Below are positions 35,073 to 45,943 of a DNA stretch of 64,000 nt, one piece after another. The position numbers and the translations under genes were made by a program. Position 1 is the stretch's first letter; each line of letters begins with the position of its first letter. The notes under the pieces were generated by a model. The model was not told the DNA's origin. It made no database searches and saw nothing but the letters and a program-made list of their open reading frames with translations. This stretch comes from Planctomycetota bacterium (GTDB lineage Bacteria; Planctomycetota; JAJSAM01), in the NCBI GenBank assembly GCA_024274785.1, contig JAJSAM010000024.1, positions 27,880-91,879 of the forward strand, in the 5' to 3' direction.

Positions 35073-36150
35073 TGATGATGATCCCGGCGACCAGGATCCC
35101 CTCCTTATCGAAGAGTCCCGGCAGATAGCTGGTGAACCCCCGGTAGCTCTTGGAGAGCAACTGCCCGCCGATGACGACGTTCCACCGCATCAACAGCACC
35201 TGGATCAGGAGCAGCGCGGCGGAGATGAACAGGAACGAGTTGGCCAGCCTTTGGGGGAGGCGCAGCAGGGTCCGGGCCATGAGCAACAGGAACGGGCCGA
35301 GAGAGCAGATGAAGAGCTGGAACACCACGTAGGAAACGAAGAGCTTTCCACCGATGAGTTCCTTCAGAACCGCCCATCGCTCCGTCTGCTCGTAGGCCAC
35401 CGAGAGGACTTCCATCAGTTCGAGGGAGACCGCTCCGATCATGAAGGCCCACAGGAGCCGGCCGAGGGCGTTCAGGGTGCGCTGGCTGACCGGAAGGCGC
35501 TGCCGCCAGGTCACAAACTGGTACAGGAACGTCAGCACCGCGATGCCGGAGACGATCGCCGAAAAGATGAAGATGATGAACATGAGCGGTGTGGACCACC
35601 ATGGGTTCGCCTTGATCGAGCCGAAGAGAAAGCCCACGTAGCCGTGCAGGATGAGCGCGACGGGAATGCCGACGCCGGCGAGCCCCCGCACCATCATCCG
35701 ATCGATGGCATCGGTCCGCTCGTTCCGGTCCGTGGATCCGAGGAGCGACAGCTTGAGCAGCTTCCTCTTGAGCCCGGCGGCCTCCCTCCACTTCTCGACC
35801 ATCATTCCGCGAAAGTGGAACCAGATCTCGAAGAACACGATCACCGCGTAGATCAGGTAGACAAATCCGAATCCGCTCATGGCCGACCTGAAATTCGGCG
35901 TGATCATGATGTTCATCGCCCGCTCCGGACGGCCGAGGTGGTTCAGGAGAGGCAGGGGAGCGAACAGCAGAAAGACGAATGCGGACACGAGAGAGAAGGT
36001 GGCAATCGGCTTGAGCGCCTGAATCCCGAAAAGGTGATAAAGCGAAGAGACGATGAACGCCCCGGCCACGAGACCGGTGATGTAGGGATAAAGGACGATC
36101 ATCACCGTCCAGGTGACGTGGACTTCATTTGGAAAGACGAAGCCCTCCAT
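34978..36150 (-). CDS. NrfD/PsrC-family polytopic membrane quinol-interacting subunit
   Basis: MEGFVFPNEVHVTWTVMIVLYPYITGLVAG is the typical NrfD N-terminus. About 8-10 TM helices. ATGA overlap with the upstream FeS gene. Confidence 0.8.
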   Translation of the reverse strand: MEGFVFPNEVHVTWTVMIVLYPYITGLVAGAFIVSSLYHLFGIQALKPIATFSLVSAFVFLLFAPLPLLNHLGRPERAMNIMITPNFRSAMSGFGFVYLIYAVIVFFEIWFHFRGMMVEKWREAAGLKRKLLKLSLLGSTDRNERTDAIDRMMVRGLAGVGIPVALILHGYVGFLFGSIKANPWWSTPLMFIIFIFSAIVSGIAVLTFLYQFVTWRQRLPVSQRTLNALGRLLWAFMIGAVSLELMEVLSVAYEQTERWAVLKELIGGKLFVSYVVFQLFICSLGPFLLLMARTLLRLPQRLANSFLFISAALLLIQVLLMRWNVVIGGQLLSKSYRGFTSYLPGLFDKEGILVAGIIIIIPFLLLRQFDRAFPFFGREEKASAAGAAKR

Positions 36151-36917
36151 CACTTCACCTCCAGGTCGAGGCCCAGGTAGTAGCACTTCGGATCGGTGCC
36201 CATTTCCGGTTTCAGCAGGCCGTAACGGCGTTGGTCGAGCACCCGCCGGAGCGGGCTGTCCGGGGCTCGCAGGTCACCGCAGATGCGGGCCTGCCTCGGA
36301 CAGGCGGTGGCGCAGGCGGTCGTCAGGTCCCGGTGGAGGCGGTGGTAGCAGAGGGTGCACTTGTCCGCGGTCCCGATGTCGTGGTCGATGTAGCGGCAGC
36401 CGTAAGGACACGCCTGCACGCAGTAGCCGCAGCCCACGCAGCGGCTGCGATCGATCAGGACCACACCGTCCGGCGAGTGGAACGAGGCTCCGACCGGGCA
36501 GACCTGGGTGCAGGCGGACGCGCGGCAGTGGTTACAGAGCTTGGGTACGAAGAAGCCCTTGGCAAGGCGCTGTTTCTCGCACTGATCCGTTTTGAAACTC
36601 TCGATGGCGCCCTGCGGCGAGTCGACGTGGACCTCGTGATCCTTGTCGATCTCGTAGCGCTCCACCCAGGTTCGATAGAAACTGTCGGGGACGTCGTTTT
36701 CCGCGGAACAGGCGCGCACGCAGGATCCGCAGCCGATGCAACGGGTGGTGTCCACGAGGAAGCCCCACTCGAGTTTCGAGAGATCCTGCATGCTCCTCAG
36801 TTCGGGCTTCTCCCCGGGGGCTCCGAAAGCGGTCAGGGTGCCCACGAAGGCCCCCGTGGCTCCTGCGAGGGCCAACTGGATGAACCGCCGTCGGTTCAGG
36901 TCGGTGTTGTCTCCCAT
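36150..36917 (-). CDS. 4Fe-4S ferredoxin-type iron-sulfur subunit (NrfC/PsrB/HybA-like) with a Tat signal
   Basis: ATG at 36917 after GGGGAGG. Twin-arginine motif NRRRFIQLALAGATG. Four Cys clusters (CIGCGSCVRAC, CNHCRASACTQVCP, CVGCGYCVQACP, CTLCYHR...ACATACP). Confidence 0.85.
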   Translation of the reverse strand: MGDNTDLNRRRFIQLALAGATGAFVGTLTAFGAPGEKPELRSMQDLSKLEWGFLVDTTRCIGCGSCVRACSAENDVPDSFYRTWVERYEIDKDHEVHVDSPQGAIESFKTDQCEKQRLAKGFFVPKLCNHCRASACTQVCPVGASFHSPDGVVLIDRSRCVGCGYCVQACPYGCRYIDHDIGTADKCTLCYHRLHRDLTTACATACPRQARICGDLRAPDSPLRRVLDQRRYGLLKPEMGTDPKCYYLGLDLEVK

Positions 36918-36919
36918 GT

Positions 36920-37885
36920 TCACCTCCCCAGGAGCTTCCTGGCGTGGACTTCCTTCAGGTGGCACTTCAGGCAGGCCCGCGGATCGGCCTCCAGTTCCAC
37001 GGGGTCGAGGTCGAGCAGTTCGGCAAACTCGTCGAGGTGGATTTTTGAGTCGATCGCCGGGACCTGCTCCGTGTCCTTGAAGCTCTTCCGCTCGTGGCAG
37101 AGCAGGCAGAAACGGCGATTTCCGTTCTTGAAGATCCTTCCCGCCACCTCGTTCTCGCGATGAAAGAAGTGGCAGGCCGTGCAGTCCATGAAGTTGTGCC
37201 GGCGGCCGGCGAAGTCGCCGACGATCTCCTGGTGACAGTCCGCGCAGGCGAAGATCACGGGGTGGTCGGGTGCTTCATGATGGCTCTTCTGAGGGCGTTT
37301 CTCGTGGCAGGTGACACATTCGTAGATCACCGGGTGCGTCCGGGCCTCCGCCACCCTCGTCAGGAGGAACACCGGTTCGTGCGGATCATGGCACTCGATG
37401 CACCGCGTTTTCGGGTCCGTCACCTTGAGGAATTCGTAGTGTGCGACGGGGTCTATCTGCGGGAAGTCGGCCGGGCGTGAGTTCAGGCGGCGATGGCAGA
37501 AGAGGCAGCCTTCGAGTGTGTACTCTTTCGGCATCAGGCGGGCGGGATCATCCTCCGCGGGCGGCCCCTCCCGATGAGCCCGCACATGCTCGGCGCCGGG
37601 GCCGTGGCAGTCCTCGCACTGCACATCGAAGTGGATGTCCTTCTGGTGAGTCTGGAGAATGCCGGCATGGCACTCTCCGCAGGTCTCCCGGCCCTGATGC
37701 AGGGGTTCCCGCGAGATGATGTCCTCGAGCACGGCCCGTTGATACTCACCGCCATCCCCGTATCCGTCAGGGCGCAAGACGGCCTGAATCACCAGTCCGA
37801 GCACCGTTGCAATTGCCAGGAGGATGACGACTCGAGTTACGTGGGCGTGGTCGTTGCGGTTGTTCCCGGCGGAAGATGCCCACAT
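36920..37885 (-). CDS. Membrane-anchored multiheme cytochrome c (nine CXXCH motifs)
   Basis: ATG at 37885 after AAGGAG; the GTG at 37906 is less likely. TM anchor VVILLAIATVLGLVIQAVL. CXXCH motifs: CGECH, CEDCH, CLFCH, CIECH, CVTCH, CADCH, CTACH, CLLCH, CLKCH. Confidence 0.85.
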   Translation of the reverse strand: MWASSAGNNRNDHAHVTRVVILLAIATVLGLVIQAVLRPDGYGDGGEYQRAVLEDIISREPLHQGRETCGECHAGILQTHQKDIHFDVQCEDCHGPGAEHVRAHREGPPAEDDPARLMPKEYTLEGCLFCHRRLNSRPADFPQIDPVAHYEFLKVTDPKTRCIECHDPHEPVFLLTRVAEARTHPVIYECVTCHEKRPQKSHHEAPDHPVIFACADCHQEIVGDFAGRRHNFMDCTACHFFHRENEVAGRIFKNGNRRFCLLCHERKSFKDTEQVPAIDSKIHLDEFAELLDLDPVELEADPRACLKCHLKEVHARKLLGR

Positions 37886-37970
37886 CTTGCTCTCCTTGAT
37901 GGCCACCCGGAACGGGTGGAGCAGGCAAGCATACGGAATGAAACGTATTGCAAGTGGGTATCACTCATCT

Positions 37971-38024
37971 TTGATCGGATCAATACAAAATGCGCAATTG
38001 TGAGTGTGACGCAACTGCAATGGT
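37971..38024 (-). promoter_or_regulatory. Dyad-symmetry elements in the relatively AT-rich region upstream of the cytochrome c / nrfCD operon
   Basis: Perfect 6-1-6 palindrome TTGATCgGATCAA at 37971-37983, and TGCGcaattgtgagtgtgaCGCA at about 38001-38024. These lie 85-140 nt upstream of the cytochrome start. Confidence 0.35.
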
Positions 38025-38248
38025 TGTCCGGGGCGTTCAGGCAATGCCAGGGCGATGGCGCCGCTCCTGCCGGCGGCATGCCTGGATGCAATGCTTGTCG
38101 TGCCCGGAGGGGAGCCGGTGGCGGTTTCCGCTATCGGAGGGACAACGGGCAATATGAGCTGCGCGAGAGGGGGGGATGATTGCAGCGTCACGCCTGACGG
38201 CGGCGAGCGAACGTTCACCTGAACCCGTCGATTACCGGGGCCTGGTGA

Positions 38249-38479
38249 TCACCGGGGCTTGGTGACCTTGCCGGCCTTCATGCAGCGGGTGCAGACCTTC
38301 ACGCGGCGGACGGAGCCGTTGACCTCGCCGCGGATCTTCTGGATGTTCGGCTTGAACTTGCGCTTGGTCTTGCCGGTGACGCGCTTGCCGACGCCGCCCT
38401 TGGCCTTGGCCAGGCCCCTGCGGGTGATCTGGTTGCCGACTTCGGTTCTCTTTCCGCAGAGCTCACAGACGCGGGCCAT
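38249..38479 (-). CDS. rpmB: 50S ribosomal protein L28
   Basis: MARVCELCGKRTEVGNQITRRG...RKFKPNIQK is the L28 signature. Confidence 0.9.
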   Translation of the reverse strand: MARVCELCGKRTEVGNQITRRGLAKAKGGVGKRVTGKTKRKFKPNIQKIRGEVNGSVRRVKVCTRCMKAGKVTKPR

Positions 38480-38514
38480 GGCGCTTCTCCAGCTGAATCG
38501 GGGTGCAAAAGGCC

Positions 38515-38548
38515 GAGTATTACGGCTCTCGGCGGTGAAGACAAGGAT
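38515..38548 (-). promoter_or_regulatory. Candidate sigma70 promoter for rpmB (CTTGTCT-N16-TAATAC on the minus strand)
   Basis: Reverse complement of 38515-38548 reads cttgtcttcaccgccgagagccgtaatac, about 35 nt upstream of the rpmB ATG. Confidence 0.25.
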
Positions 38549-38584
38549 TTTCAGATAGGATCCCCGCCGCAGCTCATCGGCATT

Positions 38585-38968
38585 TCAGACCGGCCCCTCG
38601 CCGGTGGCCATCGCCATCGCCAGGTCCCGGGTGTGAGTGATGGAGACGAGCACCTGGACCACGCCGAGGGCCCGGGCGCGCTCGCCGGCCACTCCGAGAA
38701 GGTGTACCACCGGCACCCCGTCCGAGTCCTTCAGGACCTCTATGTCGCGAAAGCGGACACCCTTCGCCCATCCGGTCCCCAGAACCTTCATCACCGCTTC
38801 CTTCGCGGCGAAGCGGCCGGCCAGAAACGCATCCGGGGTGGATGAAGCGGCCAGCAACTCCCGCTCGGCGTCCGAGAGCACGCGCCGTTCGAATCGCTCA
38901 CCCAGGCGGGCCCGGCTTCCCCGGATCCGCTCAATCTCCACCGCGTCGATGCCGATGCCCCTGGCCAT
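38585..38968 (-). CDS. acpS: Holo-[acyl-carrier-protein] synthase (4'-phosphopantetheinyl transferase)
   Basis: MARGIGIDAVEIERI...FAAKEAVMKVLGTGWAKGVRFRDIEV matches the AcpS family. The ATG is at 38968 inside a longer artefactual ORF. Confidence 0.8.
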   Translation of the reverse strand: MARGIGIDAVEIERIRGSRARLGERFERRVLSDAERELLAASSTPDAFLAGRFAAKEAVMKVLGTGWAKGVRFRDIEVLKDSDGVPVVHLLGVAGERARALGVVQVLVSITHTRDLAMAMATGEGPV

Positions 38969-39086
38969 GACGGAAGGAAACCCGAGTGAGCGCTTCCTGG
39001 CAAGGAAGATTTCGTGACCACCGGGGTACAATCGTTCAGTCAAGTCGACTTTACACCTGTCGTAAGCGACGGCGCAGAAGGTACCC

Positions 39087-41234
39087 TTGGACGAGCTCCT
39101 GAAAGACGCCACGAAGGCCCAGATCGAAGCCATCACCCATCTCGAGGGCCCTCTGCTCGTCCTCGCCGGACCGGGCAGCGGCAAGACGCGCGTGGTGACC
39201 AGGCGCATCGCGTGGCTCGTGGAGCAGGGGGTGCCGCCCGAGCACATCCTGGCCATCACGTTCACGAACAAGGCCGCGGAGGAGATGCGGGATCGCGTGA
39301 ACGCGCTGCTCGATGCCCCCGGGATGTGGGTTTCCACGTTCCACTCGATGGGGGCCCGGATGCTGCGCCGATCCGCGAACCACATCGGCATGGACCGGTC
39401 GTTCACGATCTACGACGACTCCGATCAAAAGCGCGTCATCCGCGACATCATCAGGGACCTGAATCTCGATTCCACCCAGTTCAAGCCCAACGCCGTCGCC
39501 GGCAGGATCAGCCGCTTGAAGACGGACCTCATCACGCCGGCGAAGGCCGCGGCGGGGGCGCACGACTTTTTCACCGAGGCGGTCTCGAAGATCTACCCGA
39601 GGTACGAAAAGCGGCTCCTCGACAGCAATGGGATGGACTTCGACGATCTCCTGGTCAAGAACCTGAAACTCCTGACCGAGAGCGCGGACGCGCGCGAGTA
39701 CTACCAGCGCCGGTTCCGCTTTGTCCTCGTGGATGAGTACCAGGACACCAACCGCGTGCAGTTCCTCCTCTTGAAGACGCTGGCCGCGCCGCAGCAGAAC
39801 CTCCACGTCACCGGCGATCCGGATCAGTCCATCTATCGCTTTCGCGGCGCCGACATCCGCAACATTCTCGACTTCGAAATGGTCTACAAGGGTGCGCGCA
39901 TCATCCGCCTCCAGGAAAATTTCCGGTCGACGAGTCTCATCCTCAAGGGTGCGGACAGCTTGATCAGGAACAACCGGGAACGGAAGGAGAAGGAACTCGT
40001 CGGTACGCGGGAGGAGGGCCGGAAGATCCGCGTGCACGAATGCGAGGATGAGGAGGAGGAGGGCAACTTCATCGCGGACGAGGTGTTGACCGCTTTCTCC
40101 CGAGGCATCCCCTACTCGGAGATCGCCATCTTCTACCGCGTCCATTCCTTGTCCCGCTCGCTGGAGCGGGCGTTCCTCGACAAGGGCATCCCGTACACCA
40201 TTGTCCGCGGCACCGAGTTCTACCGGCGCGCCGAGGTGCAGGACCTGCTTGCGTACCTCAAGATCGTGGCGAACCCGCGGGATTCCGAGAACCTCCTGCG
40301 TATCCTGAACGTGCCGGCAAGGGGCATCGGGCAGGCCACCCGGGACCGCCTGCTCGCCTTCGCCATGGAGCGGGACGAGCCATTGCTCAAGGCGATCCTG
40401 AACGTGGACGGCGCGACCTCGATCAAGGGGCGGGGCCTTTCCGCCGTTTCGTCGTTGGCCGGGCTCTTCCGGCTGCTGCTCGGGATGGCCGGGAGACCCA
40501 TCGCCGACATCCTCACCGAACTGGTGGGGCGCACGGATTTCAAGGCTCACCTGAAAAGCAAGCACCCCGAGAGCCACGAGGATCGCTGGGAAAACGTCGC
40601 GCAACTGGTCTCGTCCGCAGCCGAATTCGAAGAGAAGCACGAAGGCGCCGGCCTCTCCGCCTATCTCGAGGAGGTTTCGCTCCTTTCCGATGTGGATCGC
40701 TTCGACCCGAAGGCCGCCCGCGTCTCCTTCATGACCCTGCACACCGCCAAGGGCCTGGAGTTCCAGACGGTCTTCGTGGCGGGCATGGAGGATGGGCTGC
40801 TGCCGCACTCCCGTTCCCGGGACTCCCGGCAGGAGATGGAGGAGGAGCGGCGACTGCTCTTCGTGGGCATGACCCGCGCCCGGGAGGAACTCACGTTGAG
40901 CCACGCCCAGCGCCGCTTCCGCTGGGGCGAGCACGGTTACTCCCGGCCGTCGTGCTTCTACGATGAGATCGACCCGGCGGCGGTGCAGCAGGATCTGCCC
41001 CCGATGGAGGACGTGTCGCACTTTTCCGTGGATCGTCTTGTCGAGCCGGAGCCCGATGCCGCCATCCGCACCGGCATGATGGTCCGGCACAGCCACTTCG
41101 GAGTGGGGCGCGTGCTGGATATCTCCGGATCCGGCCCCTCCACCCGCATCACGGTGGATTTCCAGAACCACGGACGGAAGAAGCTCGTCCTGATGTATGC
41201 GAACCTGAGTCCCATCGAGGAGGCTTCGTGGTAG
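39087..41234 (+). CDS. pcrA: ATP-dependent DNA helicase, UvrD/PcrA/Rep family
   Basis: TTG start. Motif I GPGSGKT, motif II DEYQDTN, FRGADI, and a conserved C-terminal region. Confidence 0.88.
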   Translation: MDELLKDATKAQIEAITHLEGPLLVLAGPGSGKTRVVTRRIAWLVEQGVPPEHILAITFTNKAAEEMRDRVNALLDAPGMWVSTFHSMGARMLRRSANHIGMDRSFTIYDDSDQKRVIRDIIRDLNLDSTQFKPNAVAGRISRLKTDLITPAKAAAGAHDFFTEAVSKIYPRYEKRLLDSNGMDFDDLLVKNLKLLTESADAREYYQRRFRFVLVDEYQDTNRVQFLLLKTLAAPQQNLHVTGDPDQSIYRFRGADIRNILDFEMVYKGARIIRLQENFRSTSLILKGADSLIRNNRERKEKELVGTREEGRKIRVHECEDEEEEGNFIADEVLTAFSRGIPYSEIAIFYRVHSLSRSLERAFLDKGIPYTIVRGTEFYRRAEVQDLLAYLKIVANPRDSENLLRILNVPARGIGQATRDRLLAFAMERDEPLLKAILNVDGATSIKGRGLSAVSSLAGLFRLLLGMAGRPIADILTELVGRTDFKAHLKSKHPESHEDRWENVAQLVSSAAEFEEKHEGAGLSAYLEEVSLLSDVDRFDPKAARVSFMTLHTAKGLEFQTVFVAGMEDGLLPHSRSRDSRQEMEEERRLLFVGMTRAREELTLSHAQRRFRWGEHGYSRPSCFYDEIDPAAVQQDLPPMEDVSHFSVDRLVEPEPDAAIRTGMMVRHSHFGVGRVLDISGSGPSTRITVDFQNHGRKKLVLMYANLSPIEEASW

Positions 41235-41259
41235 GCGCAAGCTCCATCGCGGTGATGGG

Positions 41260-43380
<2,121 letters not shown>

Positions 43381-43389
43381 GAAACTCCC

Positions 43390-45891
43390 ATGATTCGAAC
43401 TCCAGCCCTGATGGCCTGCCTGGTGCTCACCGTGGTGGCCTGCGACGCCGGCGTCGCCCCGCCCGCGCCGCCGTCGCCGGCCGTCGCATTTTCGCCCGAC
43501 CTGATTCGTACGAAAGAGTGGGAGATCTATCACCAGTGGGCCGGTCGCATCGCCGAGGTCGTCGCCGAGGTCGTCGATGAAGACGGTCAACCGTACGCCG
43601 GGGCGACCGTCTCCGTGATCATCCTTCCCCGGATGGAGGTTCTTCCGCCTCTGGTGATCGCCGTTCAAGTCAGCGACGAGAAGGGCGAGGTCCGCTTCGA
43701 GGATGTCCCCGGGAATGCCTTCCTCCGGATGGAGGCGGATGGGTTCGCGGGTGGCATGTTGGACCTGCAGTTCGCGATGAATCCGGACTTCGGATCACCG
43801 AAGATGCCCTTGCGCCGGGGCTCAGAGGTTTCGGGGCGGGTTCTCCTTCCGGATGGGACACCGGCCCCCGGCGTTCGGGTGATCGGCATGAGTTCGGTTC
43901 GCGACTGGTACGAGCTGGCGACGGCCGATGAGGATGGGCGGTATCGGTTGTACCCGGTTCCCGCGGGACAGATCATGCTGATGGCCATCCCCGGTGGGCC
44001 GATCGGTCAGTTGCCGCCGTTCGATGTCCCCACGGGCCTTGACGTCACCAGAGACTTGTCGGTCCGTGCGCTCTCGCCCATTCACGGGCGCGTGCTCGAT
44101 GCGAACACGGGAAAGCCGGTGGCCGGTGCGATCGCGCGGTCCTTTGTCGATCGGGATGTGCTCGTGGTGGCCGATGATGAGGGACGGTTCACCCTCGAAA
44201 ACGTCTACGGGCGGATGATCGACATCCTCGCTCCGGGCTATGCGGAACGCTCCGTTCCCGTCGATGCGATGCGGGCGGATGCCATCGATGTCGAGGTGAA
44301 GCTCGCCCCCGGTGTAACGGCCCGGGGGGTGGTGGTCGACGAAGAGGGCGCTCCGCGCGCCGGCGCGAGGGTCTTCGCGGTGGTGGATGTCGAGGGCGTC
44401 GGTCGCTATGTGCTTGGGCCGTTGACGGATGAGCTGGGACGGTTTGTCTGGAGTTGGATCGAACCCGCCCGGACCGGCGGGAAGATCGTCTTCGGCGCGG
44501 AGGGGGCGGGTCTGCTGCCGGTAGTCGGCTCGATCCATCCGCTCGTGCCGGGGATTTCGATCGACGACATTGTCCTGACCCTTCCGGAACCGTCCCGGCT
44601 TCGCTTTCGGTTGATCGATGAGCAGGGGGAACCCCTCGTCGATGCCGTCTGCCTGGCTGAGCCCGATCTGGAGGCCGTGCCGTCCGGGGTCAGGCCGATG
44701 GTCAACACCGGGGGGACGGCGGTCACCGCTGAAGATGGGAGCGCGCTGATGGCGGGGCTCCGGCGGGGCCCCCACTTCCTGAGCATCCTGCTCGGTCATC
44801 GCATCCCCTTCTCCACCGGGATCAATGTCGGCCCGGGGATGAACGACCTCGGCGACATCACGGTGCCGGACCTCCTGGCGATCGCGGGGCAGGTGCTCAG
44901 CACCGGCGGCGAGTTGCCGGATATGGTCAAGGCTTTCCTGTCGATCCCCGGTGAGAGCTTCCAGGCGGAGGTTCGTATCGGCAAGGATGGGAAGTTCCGG
45001 ATTTCCGGGCTGGCGGATCGGCAGTACGTGCTGCAACTGGCGGCGTCGGACCACCGGACCGTGACGAAGCGGTATGCCGCCGGCACCGAAGACATCCAGG
45101 TCCGGTTGACCCTCCTCGGGAAGCTCTCCGTTACCCCGCTGCTCGAAGGAGACGACCAGCCCGAGGGGCGGATCGAGATGGTGAGGGTGGGCGGTGCGGA
45201 AGCGCCGGTGATGCGGTTCTTCAACCGCCCGGGAGAGGCTGTCATGGCCAATCGGATGACGCCTGGAGACTGGTTCGTCCGCGTGAAGGCCGGTGAGTAC
45301 TATGGAGCGGCGAAGGTCACCGTCATCGGGGGGAAGTCGGAATCCGTTCAGGTTCAGCTTCACCCCGGCGGTACGATCCACGGGTTCGTCAGGAAGCCCG
45401 ACGGCACGCCCGCAAAGCGAATTGGAGTGCAGTACGACGGCGGCGAGGCCTGGGGCGTACACGGTGTTCCCGTGGGCGACGACGGGCAGTATCGATTGGT
45501 GGGCGTCCCCGCCGGCGAGGTCGAGTTGTTGACCCACCCGCGAGGGTTCGTTCCGTTTCGCAAGACGATCGTGGTGATCAACGGAGAGGAAACCCGGCAG
45601 GACATCGAACTCGATGCCGGGGGACGGTTCGAATTGCGCGTCACTGATCCGGACGGAAAACCCCTCTCCGCCGTGAAGGTCGGCCTGGCCGATGACCAGG
45701 GTGTGCCGGCCCGCTACTGGATCAGTGGGCAGGATCGAGCCCGGACCGATGAGGACGGCGTGCTGACCCTGACGGGAGTTCCACCGGGCAGCTATCGATT
45801 GAGCCTGCACATCAAGGACCAGCTTTGGGAATCGAGACAGGTGGACATTCCGGCGGGGGAGAGCAAGCTGGTCATCGAAATCGATCGGTAG
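43390..45891 (+). CDS. Large lipoprotein with about 8 tandem CarboxypepD_reg-like beta-sandwich domains
   Basis: Signal/lipobox LMACLVLTVVAC. Recurring about 80-aa modules with G(R/F)V.D..G.P..GA.V signatures (e.g. VSGRVLLPDGTPAPGVRV, IHGRVLDANTGKPVAGA, IHGFVRKPDGTPAKRIGV). Confidence 0.6.
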   Translation: MIRTPALMACLVLTVVACDAGVAPPAPPSPAVAFSPDLIRTKEWEIYHQWAGRIAEVVAEVVDEDGQPYAGATVSVIILPRMEVLPPLVIAVQVSDEKGEVRFEDVPGNAFLRMEADGFAGGMLDLQFAMNPDFGSPKMPLRRGSEVSGRVLLPDGTPAPGVRVIGMSSVRDWYELATADEDGRYRLYPVPAGQIMLMAIPGGPIGQLPPFDVPTGLDVTRDLSVRALSPIHGRVLDANTGKPVAGAIARSFVDRDVLVVADDEGRFTLENVYGRMIDILAPGYAERSVPVDAMRADAIDVEVKLAPGVTARGVVVDEEGAPRAGARVFAVVDVEGVGRYVLGPLTDELGRFVWSWIEPARTGGKIVFGAEGAGLLPVVGSIHPLVPGISIDDIVLTLPEPSRLRFRLIDEQGEPLVDAVCLAEPDLEAVPSGVRPMVNTGGTAVTAEDGSALMAGLRRGPHFLSILLGHRIPFSTGINVGPGMNDLGDITVPDLLAIAGQVLSTGGELPDMVKAFLSIPGESFQAEVRIGKDGKFRISGLADRQYVLQLAASDHRTVTKRYAAGTEDIQVRLTLLGKLSVTPLLEGDDQPEGRIEMVRVGGAEAPVMRFFNRPGEAVMANRMTPGDWFVRVKAGEYYGAAKVTVIGGKSESVQVQLHPGGTIHGFVRKPDGTPAKRIGVQYDGGEAWGVHGVPVGDDGQYRLVGVPAGEVELLTHPRGFVPFRKTIVVINGEETRQDIELDAGGRFELRVTDPDGKPLSAVKVGLADDQGVPARYWISGQDRARTDEDGVLTLTGVPPGSYRLSLHIKDQLWESRQVDIPAGESKLVIEIDR

Positions 45892-45943
45892 CTGGATCCG
45901 GCGGTCGAAGTTCCGGTTGGGGTGATATCGAGGAGGCATCGTC

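Noticed and set aside
37971-37983. Canonical FNR box
   Set aside because: The half-sites TTGAT/ATCAA are present but separated by 3 nt, not 4, so it is reported only as a palindromic candidate operator.
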